Assembly (NCBI GenBank): GCA_028279805.1
Contig: JANQMZ010000007.1
Span: 360,001 to 392,000, forward strand
Length of the DNA: 32,000 nucleotides
From: an archaeon
GTDB lineage: Archaea > Iainarchaeota > Iainarchaeia > Iainarchaeales > JANQMZ01
Direction of reading: 5' to 3'
This document shows positions 21,001 to 26,772 of the stretch, piece by piece. The notes beneath the pieces were generated by a model. That model was not told the DNA's origin. It did not search any database and saw only the letters and a list, made by a program, of their open reading frames with translations. Made by a program: the position numbers and the translations under genes. Numbering within the stretch: the first letter of the stretch is position 1; each line of letters opens with the position of its first letter.

Positions 21001-22120
21001 GGCTGACTATTTTGCTTCACCGGATAACAGAATCAGATTTGTAAAACAGTGGAACAAAAAAGAGGATGCAAAGCTTGCAACTCCGGGAGAATATGCGGTT
21101 GATATTGATGTAATTTTTGAAGATGACTGGAGTTTTTACAATAATGCACAGCCAAATACAAACATTACAATTGTTTTGGATAAAATACAAGAACCTGTGC
21201 CAAATTCCCCGTTTTATTATATTCCGTTTAATGGGGAAACAGGATTGGACAGCAGTAATGGAAGGCAGGGTTACGGAGTCAATTATTCAAATGAAGATGA
21301 CAAAATTTTGTTAAAAGATTTGCCTCGCCCTCTTGACACAACAAATCTGATTAATTCAAATCCGTTGTTTTTGTTAAAAACAGATGTTGAAAAAGGATTC
21401 AGGCAGGTTAATTCAATTAGTTCAACAAGAGGCATAGTTTTAACAGTTGATCAGGGTTCAAATGAAAAAGAAAAAACACTGGTGTTTGCACCAAGCTTTG
21501 CAACACCTATTACAATGCATGCAGAACAGCAAAATGTTACAGAGGAAAATTTTTCAGAATACTTTCAGTTGTTTGAAAATTCACAGGCAATAAATGTTGG
21601 CCCGGTATTAAGTTACTGGAATGGCATGGGACAATGCAAAGATTTTACAGGCGGACCAATTTCACAGGAATTTGATTATTATGCTGACAGGCAGGCAACA
21701 CAATCAGACCAAATCGGAGGATGGCAGCAGGCTTATGCAATTGACTGGCCTTTCGCAGATAAAACAGGTGATGTTTATCTATATACAACCATTTACACTC
21801 CGGCATCAAAAGATTATTTGATTGCATCCCATTCAAACAGTTCTTTGAATTTTTTCACACCAAATGAAATTGAGGCAGTACAAATATCAGCACAAGGTGT
21901 TTTGGGAATGACAGGCAATGACATGCTTGGTGCAGACAGTTTGTCATCATTACAAGAGGTGTTTGACCTGGTTGAATCTGAAACATTGTGCGTAAGCGAA
22001 AATGGCTTGAAATCAGAATTTTTCTGGAACCCTGAAAAATTATGGGAAGCCTCAGGTTCAAATGTAAGCCAGGAAAGCTTTTCAGCCGGCTTAACTGCCG
22101 GAAACAGTTGCATTGGCTGA
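15068..22120 (+). CDS. Giant membrane-anchored surface protein, paralog 3 of 3 (2350 aa); uncharacterised family
   Basis: ATG at 15068 lies 42 nt after the paralog-2 stop. The leader plus TM (nt 15188-15265) are highly similar to paralog 2. The core starts at KFLGLF (~16907). Shared blocks are AKWVNIEWE, CSGEFC, YCDATQFSI, LIRDGYTSDFRKDF, SPFYYIPFNG..NGRQGYGVNY and FFWNPEK. It also has a CARDB-like stretch (NATIIATIQNKGSEASTATVSMTINGP...) and an internal 33-aa uncharged hydrophobic segment (19514-19612). Confidence 0.93.
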   Translation: MGLKEIYFEWENKWYDFLDKANEKIPIYKIIDPVDKIVPSFALFLSIIGILVLWGAFILLLPGVALTLTFEDSLGNPVSGLNVTYSFGAGTATALTNSSGMLDLRVPPNSTVEIIVEEQTVNGTGIQRKTEFFEMGEENLSRTVSLRTGSALFSGEKTLIFEDAFGIITGEPIKANFSCSDSSVEDWVKEDSDEDGRISFEVPEECERLTINVNESEYEAKTIVFSGEETQVVVLVKEMPPGGTLEVEIRDENDKIVSSDFLITVTGLDETQKQNVSYGATAFEDLIPGTYTVSVSDNSGEYSSGYVSSVVVNSGETTKTEILISKNIKGTIKVTVKDKVSGSIVENAVVQLQDELGVLITEKNTGELAETVQFLLFEGTDFQVMAKKAGDIGTGYFANIVENVKLNDNIIIEIEKMTPANTGRIKVNVTDESGKKVSGALVYLRYAEDDSIINISDSDAIGNAKETDLEGEANFLLNVFDKEVYPFAVKYPAQAGSKENARLLDEREENVFNIQMVIGESVLKIKAVDETGLLVPESFYQIFKSNGEKLVGTQTLVTGEGSYTLKADEKIFIIAENENFQSYQSNVIQLWPKQDFEITAKLLPKLLAGPPEIKFLGLFNDKKSVTTPLAGKTYSARFELTMPVGEDIDKAGVHVRAGDTKYFENDALYINNVKASNYSAVIRGKSFDSPLGENEELTEGKAKWVNIEWENPLKTTTEFEVDLTVKPDTESQEPLHLNYRAWIKTGDGKILRQPEDIVLGLGGSNATRNELYAETESALWFEGVNNLCSGEFCLDLEELFGFREQLFVEKKDVIVSSDYNYSFRIRNDSDDKYDSVEFFAESIDLDGEQDDGLLLKDYKIKTGSGNFVQGSELNGFKIDGVDLEEFSKGESITGEITLMPQKAKANHLRIWIVADKRIVFDSEEENKLIFNAEDEDVLNMEIVPETIPAFLGTELSINFTDEKDKAVENVLVSVKINAPGYSNTLNYSSNEFGNVKVNLLGRPPGTTIKITGQKTGFKLAVKEFEINPDPLTVSGKLNFSLNTQTVKEDSKEITIKNETAEDFEIIDMFLSIENVPGIEALDQGRILAHLESLEGIIVEQDSEKLLTIKAMLRQDAQQLISDNVSLDGTLTIIVKNNRFNFNHALTLDEKISIKVGATPDDIGNGCVFVEGINVPEWESSTLGSPARTQFDIINRCRSGSVPIELEKIRAKLNLGATPSGMGTVNLQIGSTTSELPPNRWVDILFAVEPEKPYSATLIFTPRATQNFLGERADFEIEWDAIVIADGKETSVEVVKDIQAEIGILDLQQCLEFDGRVVLGSFRDTTDFSIENVCNNVTLNIDLCKNDPGCKGGTTEGGIEFPDSRDRRFNLASGEQRIIEVGRGPRDIPGIYGIGIHAGVRGGNTAFRSQIKAGEIDLIVEPSPSDYFYFKNHNYDFELIGLGASDEKTLVNTMLLETPRIRANYCQLDRAAGSNTYYEESFQVATAILTVGGLSAWLPAVIAVGVAALLDLFGIGDTDCSDRSDVVPWQDFVIRLGDNIESDCGTITTDRGIIEVQGFNDFTGEWVGPAETSKIGSNLSEEIGLKFTNNSGAEFEKPTYAIGVIQAKEHIHGDSLHTWDINPGQKPHDIRGKGRLCPTFVPDSDTTTYEQKLHLRFKTKALPEEGLIAKEAQQCVSDFKVGHTGSNALPKIELNWEWGSNGIQADSCDADNPEGIYCDATQFSIALSKKINTFDEFLAANNYDFACPDNWPDIQANEAAENENNENSSQSIQNGKIGLSNLAHSLSGENATIIATIQNKGSEASTATVSMTINGPDGYSDSCDVTSGSIDSGNNANVECDFTGLKVVPDDFYSVAAQVTDSNPVEKQDSVLTRTFTNFGSSSSCWLERSTRKVGETQLIELWLNENLAQTGQYVNENNVVWTTNVSGFEALHDLLHFRAQLIRDGYTSDFRKDFAEFYTTSSFFDAPGWFASDSTGKLADYFASPDNRIRFVKQWNKKEDAKLATPGEYAVDIDVIFEDDWSFYNNAQPNTNITIVLDKIQEPVPNSPFYYIPFNGETGLDSSNGRQGYGVNYSNEDDKILLKDLPRPLDTTNLINSNPLFLLKTDVEKGFRQVNSISSTRGIVLTVDQGSNEKEKTLVFAPSFATPITMHAEQQNVTEENFSEYFQLFENSQAINVGPVLSYWNGMGQCKDFTGGPISQEFDYYADRQATQSDQIGGWQQAYAIDWPFADKTGDVYLYTTIYTPASKDYLIASHSNSSLNFFTPNEIEAVQISAQGVLGMTGNDMLGADSLSSLQEVFDLVESETLCVSENGLKSEFFWNPEKLWEASGSNVSQESFSAGLTAGNSCIG
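15188..15265 (+). other. Signal-anchor transmembrane helix of giant paralog 3; conserved cytoplasmic leader at 15068-15187
   Basis: FALFLSIIGILVLWGAFILLLPGVAL. The arrangement is homologous to paralog 2. Confidence 0.7.
19514..19612 (+). other. Internal 33-aa uncharged Gly/Ala-rich hydrophobic segment in giant paralog 3
   Basis: VATAILTVGGLSAWLPAVIAVGVAALLDLFGIG sits ~1480 aa into a protein that otherwise looks extracytoplasmic. Confidence 0.75.
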
Positions 22121-22133
22121 TTAAAAGAACAGC

Positions 22134-22141
22134 TATTTAAA
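22134..22141 (+). promoter_or_regulatory. TATA box candidate (TATTTAAA) for the small-membrane-protein operon
   Basis: This exact octamer lies 33 nt upstream of ATG 22167 with no SD, which fits a leaderless archaeal mRNA. A T6 run at 22155-22160 could terminate the giant-3 transcript. Confidence 0.45.
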
Positions 22142-22166
22142 TGAGTTAATCCTATTTTTTAGCAAC

Positions 22167-22592
22167 ATGTTCGGGGAAGCAACAGCTTTATTTTCATTCG
22201 GAGAATTGTTTGCAGATTTTAATTTTGTGTTAAAAATATTTGTACTTTTAAGCATTATTTCTTTCATAAAAAACCATTTGGGCACAGGGCCATTGGCAAT
22301 AATTTTAATTTTAGGAATCGGTTACTTTGTTTTCTTTGAAGCATGGGTTTTTTTCGGAGGAATTTATGTTTTGTATATGCTGCTTGCTTTAGGTGTAAGC
22401 GGAATACTAATAGACTTTTTCTTTGTATCCGGAGGACCTGCTGGCGGAAAACCTGAAGAAGCCGGACAACAATTAAGTCCTGTTTCATCAGGTGCTGACA
22501 TTGCACGAAGACAGGCTCAGATGAAAGCAGCTCATCAGGCTCAGGCAAGACTGGGCGGAAAACCAAAGCCTCCAATGAGGCCGGGTGGTTAA
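22167..22592 (+). CDS. Small membrane protein (141 aa), 3-TM family member A, with a basic Ala/Gln/Pro-rich C-terminal tail
   Basis: ATG lies 33 nt downstream of a TATTTAAA octamer with no SD, which fits a leaderless transcript. It has three hydrophobic helices with the loop IKNHLGTGP. It aligns without gaps to the 23356 product (ADFNFVL..FIKNHLGT..YFVFF vs ANFTTVL..WIKKHIGS..YFGFF). Confidence 0.75.
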   Translation: MFGEATALFSFGELFADFNFVLKIFVLLSIISFIKNHLGTGPLAIILILGIGYFVFFEAWVFFGGIYVLYMLLALGVSGILIDFFFVSGGPAGGKPEEAGQQLSPVSSGADIARRQAQMKAAHQAQARLGGKPKPPMRPGG

Positions 22593-22593
22593 A

Positions 22594-22914
22594 ATGAATG
22601 AACGTGGAAATTTAATTTTAATGATATTGGGTGCTTTCGTAATACTTGCATTGCTGCCACCCGTAATAATGATGGTTTTTCCTTTGGCAGATTTGCTTAT
22701 GAGAATTATTCTGGTTTTGCTAATTTTTACAACTGTCAGAGGTTATTTAGGTTCAAATGCTTTGGCGATAATTATCAGTGCTGTGTTAATTTATTTTATT
22801 GTAATAAAACATCCTTACATTTCCACAAGCATTTATGTAATATTTTTCGTATTATTAATGTTCCAGTTTTTGAGTGTCATAATCTGGGGAATAGGAACAC
22901 AAATGAGGCATTAG
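22594..22914 (+). CDS. Small membrane protein (106 aa from ATG 22594), 3-TM family member B with one extra N-terminal helix
   Basis: The ORF track starts at GTG 22585. I prefer ATG 22594 because it lies 1 nt after the upstream TAA (22590-22592) and is preceded by GGGTGG. The core TVRGYLGSNALAIIISAVLIYFIVI...IYVIFFVLL matches the family pattern. Confidence 0.7.
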   Translation: MNERGNLILMILGAFVILALLPPVIMMVFPLADLLMRIILVLLIFTTVRGYLGSNALAIIISAVLIYFIVIKHPYISTSIYVIFFVLLMFQFLSVIIWGIGTQMRH

Positions 22915-22922
22915 GTGAATAA

Positions 22923-23309
22923 ATGAAGAGAAAAGTGGAACGCAGGAAAAATATTGAAAGGTTGCCAAAAATTCCTTTTGGAATGGAATATCAAATACAA
23001 CTTGAAACATTTGAAAAACATTTTAAGAGCATTCCATTTGATAAAGCAAAAGAAATTGCAAGAGACATTGCAGAAATTGCTTCAAACCCATGGATGTCTG
23101 AAGCTGAAGTTTTTGCCGGAATAAGAGACATTTACAAAGAAAAAGTTTTGCCCAATATTTCAAATGAAGGAGAAAAACAAAAGGCTGAGATTAGTATTAG
23201 AAGCATGGAAACCGAATACGGAAGAGCCATAACAGAAGAAAGTTTGAAGGAAATAAGCGAAACCGGAAAAGCAAGGTTAAAAAGAAGAAGAAAGCCTGAA
23301 TTGAGATAG
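22923..23309 (+). CDS. Small soluble, highly charged protein (128 aa) with basic N- and C-termini; function unknown
   Basis: ATG is preceded by AGGTGA (22913-22918), which overlaps the upstream stop, indicating translational coupling. It has no hydrophobic segment. Termini are MKRKVERRKNIER... and ...KARLKRRRKPELR. I recognise no family. Confidence 0.7.
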   Translation: MKRKVERRKNIERLPKIPFGMEYQIQLETFEKHFKSIPFDKAKEIARDIAEIASNPWMSEAEVFAGIRDIYKEKVLPNISNEGEKQKAEISIRSMETEYGRAITEESLKEISETGKARLKRRRKPELR

Positions 23310-23315
23310 AATAGT

Positions 23316-23323
23316 TATTTAAA
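23316..23323 (+). promoter_or_regulatory. TATA box candidate (TATTTAAA) internal to the small-gene cluster
   Basis: The same exact octamer lies 40 nt upstream of ATG 23356, in the only gap longer than 20 nt within the six-gene cluster. Confidence 0.4.
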
Positions 23324-23355
23324 CCATGGAAAAGTAAAAATATTAAGGTATTAAA

Positions 23356-23637
23356 ATGTTGGAATTTTTAAACGGGCTTTTTCCTGACATATGGGCAAAT
23401 TTTACAACAGTATTGGCAATACTTTACACAATATGGTTTTATTCCTGGATAAAAAAACACATTGGCTCTGCAAAAATTTCAGTTGTGCTTGCGGTAATAG
23501 TTGTTTACTTTGGATTCTTTACAAATCCGATATTGTTATGGGTTCCGGTAATATTATACCTGTTGGCATTTTTTGGAACAGGATTGTTTGAAAAAATTCC
23601 GGAAGGAAAAGAAAAACCCGATTATTTAAGAGACTAA
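23356..23637 (+). CDS. Small membrane protein (93 aa), 3-TM family member C
   Basis: ATG lies 40 nt downstream of a second exact TATTTAAA octamer. It has three TM helices with the loop IKKHIGSAK and is a clear paralog of the 22167 product. Confidence 0.75.
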   Translation: MLEFLNGLFPDIWANFTTVLAILYTIWFYSWIKKHIGSAKISVVLAVIVVYFGFFTNPILLWVPVILYLLAFFGTGLFEKIPEGKEKPDYLRD

Positions 23638-23653
23638 AAAATTTGGTGTTTGA

Positions 23654-23953
23654 ATGGACAAATTTACACTGGCAATAGCAATAATAATGATAGCATTGTC
23701 ATTACAGTTTGAACAGAATTTGCTGGCAGCAGGAATAATTGTTTTGATGATAATATCCTTAAAGTCGTGGGTTGCAACAATTGTTTTAATTGGTTCACTG
23801 GCTTTTTTGTTTTTTACAAGAGAAGCAATAGGAATTTACTGGCCTTACATAATTGTGGGACTGGTGATATTGGCATTTGTTCTGGATTCAAGAGCAAAAA
23901 ATCCCGCACCAGATTACGGAGGAGGCTTCGGAGGATTAGGCGGCGGATTGTAA
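23654..23953 (+). CDS. Small membrane protein (99 aa), divergent 3-TM family member D with a Gly-rich C-terminus (GGGFGGLGGGL)
   Basis: GGTG (23645-23648) lies 5 nt upstream of the ATG. The pattern LKSWVAT...LAFLFFTRE...IIVGLVILAFVL resembles the KKHIGS...YFGFFTNP... pattern of the family. Confidence 0.7.
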   Translation: MDKFTLAIAIIMIALSLQFEQNLLAAGIIVLMIISLKSWVATIVLIGSLAFLFFTREAIGIYWPYIIVGLVILAFVLDSRAKNPAPDYGGGFGGLGGGL

Positions 23954-23954
23954 A

Positions 23955-24320
23955 ATGAAAAAATTTGCAAAACCGTTTATTGTTCTGGCTATATTTTTAC
24001 TGGCAAGCTGGTTTTTTGGTTACATATTTTTAAGTTATTTTTTCGCAGCATTGCTTTTGGTTTACACAATTTTGACCTTGTTTTTAATAACTGGAAAAAA
24101 AGGATTAAAGGAAACAAAAAAAAGTTTGAAGGAAATGGACAAACATGAAGCCCCCGGACCAAACACAAAACCATGGGGCAAAGCACTAAAACAAATTGGA
24201 GAAAAAACAGGAGAACAAATAGTCAAATCAGATGAACCATGGGGTTCCCACAGGACAGGAACAAGAATAGCAAAAGGCTCAAAAAGCCTTATAGAGCAAT
24301 TTAAAGAGTTATTTGAGTGA
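23955..24320 (+). CDS. Membrane protein (121 aa) with two N-terminal TM helices and a Lys-rich soluble C-terminal domain
   Basis: ATG lies 1 nt after the upstream TAA (23951-23953), indicating tight coupling. Hydrophobic aa ~7-46 are followed by a hydrophilic tail. I recognise no family. Confidence 0.7.
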   Translation: MKKFAKPFIVLAIFLLASWFFGYIFLSYFFAALLLVYTILTLFLITGKKGLKETKKSLKEMDKHEAPGPNTKPWGKALKQIGEKTGEQIVKSDEPWGSHRTGTRIAKGSKSLIEQFKELFE

Positions 24321-24389
24321 AAGGCAAGTATTAAAAAGAAAAAAAGCGCTAAAATAATAACAAAGAACACTTTATAGAGTGAATAAGTT

Positions 24390-26756
24390 ATGAAAAGATT
24401 TTTTATTCTGGCAATTGTGTTAGGCCTGATTTTGCTTAACCCGGGTGTTTTCGCTTTAAATTTCAATGAAAATGTTAACGTTTCTTTAAAAGAATGGCCA
24501 AGCGGAGGAGGATTAAAGCTTTTTTTAAAAATTGAAACACAGAAACAATTTGAATGCAAAAGATGGTTGTCAGCCGAAACAAGTGTTCACGGAAATAAAA
24601 TAAATGTTAATTTAAAAAAAATATTAAATCCCACAAATAATTGTTTAAGGGAGAGGCCAGCGGTTTATTCAACAAAATTGCCTCAGCTTGAAAAAGGAGA
24701 ATATGTTTTAAACATCAATTCAGGTCTGGGTGCAGATGTTTACAATGTTTTAATTGAAAAAAACAGAATAGTTTTGAAACAAAAAAATGTAAGTTTTTCA
24801 AAAGCAATTCCTGAAATTTTTAACAGGTTTGTACAGGAAGAAGAATTAACTGAAGATATTCCGGAAGAGCCCGGATCAATGGTTGAAGTTGAAGCTGAAT
24901 CTGATTTGCCTGCTGAGCCTGAGTCTCAGCCAGAGCCGGAACTTGTTCCTTTGCCTGAACCTGTTTTGACAAAAACGCTTAAAATTGAAAGTCCTCCTGA
25001 AAACCAGAATTCGGGTGAAGATGAAACAGGACCTGAAATAAAAGATTTTTATTCAGATAATCCGCAGCCAGACGTTTATGAACTGGAAGTAACAGCCAAT
25101 GACACATTAACCGGAAATTCAGATATTGCCTTTTGTGTTGCAGAATTAATCGGAACGCAGAAAGTTTTTGATGAAACAATTGAAGATGCAATAATAAAAA
25201 GCGGTTTAATGAATCCTGTTGACGGTTTATATGATTCGCCTGTTGAAAGAGCATCAAAAAAATTTGAAATTGGATTTGAACCAAACATTGAGAATACTGT
25301 TGAAAAAGTTCAAATTCGTTGTTATGATATAAGATTAAATGAAACAATTTTTGAACAGGAACCAATTTGTGATGGAGGAACATTTGAAAATGAACAATGT
25401 GTTTTGTATGAATGCATCCGGGATTCACAATGCGGTTCAGGAGAATATTGTTCTTTCCACACAAACAAATGTGTTCAAAAAACAACTTCCTGCGTTCCCG
25501 TTATAAACACCGGAAGTTCTGAGGAAAGAGCTGACATTGTTTTTTTAGGAGACGGTTATGAAAATTATGGCGAGTTAGAACAGGATATCATGGAAATGAT
25601 TACTTTTAACGGAAATAAAAGAGGGCTATTTTCAATGTATCCTTTCAGCGGCAATAATAAAATGAAATTTAATATTTGGATGGTTCAACCGGAACAGGAA
25701 CTGGCAAGACAAGGCTGTGTGCAGATTCAGGGTTGTAAAAAAATTTTAGGAATAAAGTTTTGTGATTATAAACCGGTTTGTAAAATTGGGGACATTGATT
25801 TGAAATCAGCACCAAATGTTACAACAGGAACAAAACAGGCTTTTTCACAATGCCCTGCAGTTGATTATAAAGTAACATTGTCAAAAAACGGAAAAGGTGA
25901 TTACAGGTCATTTTGCCCTTATCAAAACCAGTCATTTAAAGTAAAAGCAAATGACGGATCTAAGGGTTATATTACTTTAAGCGAGTTAGGCTGCTTTTTG
26001 GGGCTGGATGCGGTTCAGGAAAGCCAATGGGGAAAACTATTAACACATGAATTTGGCCACCAGTTCGGAAAATTAAAAGACGAATATATGGATGAAAGGA
26101 ACACTGCTGCCGACGGCCCAAACTGTGTTGAAAATATTGAACAGGCAAGAAAAGCATGGGGGCACATGGTTGAAAATGAAACAAAAACAATTACAAAAAC
26201 ATCTGAAGGAATAATTTTAAGTGAAGAAGAATTCGGAGGAAATGAAAAAAGCCTTGTAAAAAGAGTTGAAAGAGGAAAGCTTGAGGGAATGAATTTTTAT
26301 AATATTTTTAACGGCAAAGATGTATTAACAGCAATTGACAAACCGGGAGAACAAAAAGAAAGAAGATTGGAATATTCATGGGACGGGGAAGTAGGTTATT
26401 ATGCCGGGTGTGAAGGAAAACTCCATAATATAAGGCCGACAAAAAATTCGGTAATGAATGATTTTTTCACAGGTTATGATCATGGTTTTGGTCCGGTGAA
26501 TGAAGAAGTTTTGTTAAAAGAGCTTGACAAATATACAGGAGCAATAGAAATGCTGCCGCCGGTTCCGATAGAAGTTCCGGAACAAATATTTCAACCATTA
26601 ACAATTACAAATCAAAAAAATTCTATTTCTCCATGGGAAACTCCTCAAAAAGAAAATGAACCAAAATCAACCGCATGGGACAATCCTTTTGCGAGAAAAG
26701 CACCTGAAAAAAAATCAAAAGGTTTGTTTTGGTGGGGGCACACTTTTCTGGATTAA
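24390..26756 (+). CDS. Secreted or membrane-anchored zinc metallopeptidase, peptidase M64 (IgA-peptidase)-like
   Basis: It has an N-terminal signal or anchor (MKRFFILAIVLGLILLNPGVFA) and an acidic Glu/Pro linker (~24835-24965). A module with 7 Cys in 42 aa spans 25368-25493. The stretch ADIVFLGDGYENYGELEQ and the motif LTHEFGHQFGKLKDEY (HEFGH at 26046-26060) match my recollection of the M64 signature (DGYT... and HEFGHsFagLaDEY). Confidence 0.65.
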   Translation: MKRFFILAIVLGLILLNPGVFALNFNENVNVSLKEWPSGGGLKLFLKIETQKQFECKRWLSAETSVHGNKINVNLKKILNPTNNCLRERPAVYSTKLPQLEKGEYVLNINSGLGADVYNVLIEKNRIVLKQKNVSFSKAIPEIFNRFVQEEELTEDIPEEPGSMVEVEAESDLPAEPESQPEPELVPLPEPVLTKTLKIESPPENQNSGEDETGPEIKDFYSDNPQPDVYELEVTANDTLTGNSDIAFCVAELIGTQKVFDETIEDAIIKSGLMNPVDGLYDSPVERASKKFEIGFEPNIENTVEKVQIRCYDIRLNETIFEQEPICDGGTFENEQCVLYECIRDSQCGSGEYCSFHTNKCVQKTTSCVPVINTGSSEERADIVFLGDGYENYGELEQDIMEMITFNGNKRGLFSMYPFSGNNKMKFNIWMVQPEQELARQGCVQIQGCKKILGIKFCDYKPVCKIGDIDLKSAPNVTTGTKQAFSQCPAVDYKVTLSKNGKGDYRSFCPYQNQSFKVKANDGSKGYITLSELGCFLGLDAVQESQWGKLLTHEFGHQFGKLKDEYMDERNTAADGPNCVENIEQARKAWGHMVENETKTITKTSEGIILSEEEFGGNEKSLVKRVERGKLEGMNFYNIFNGKDVLTAIDKPGEQKERRLEYSWDGEVGYYAGCEGKLHNIRPTKNSVMNDFFTGYDHGFGPVNEEVLLKELDKYTGAIEMLPPVPIEVPEQIFQPLTITNQKNSISPWETPQKENEPKSTAWDNPFARKAPEKKSKGLFWWGHTFLD

Positions 26757-26772
26757 ACCAGGTTTAACTGCA

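Noticed and set aside
22594-22660. MNERG/NLILMILGAFVILALL as an archaeal class III (prepilin-like) signal peptide, which would make the 22594 gene a pilin.
   Set aside because: The protein continues with three more hydrophobic helices and matches the 3-TM family core. It lacks a soluble pilin domain. No prepilin peptidase or assembly ATPase gene is present in the window.
26753-26767. Palindrome TTAAACC-A-GGTTTAA between the convergent genes ending at 26756 and 26773, as a bidirectional terminator hairpin.
   Set aside because: The loop would be only 1 nt, or a 5-bp AT-rich stem with a 5-nt loop, which gives negligible stability. It overlaps the TAA stop. Archaeal termination relies mainly on oligo-T runs, so it is not convincing as a terminator.
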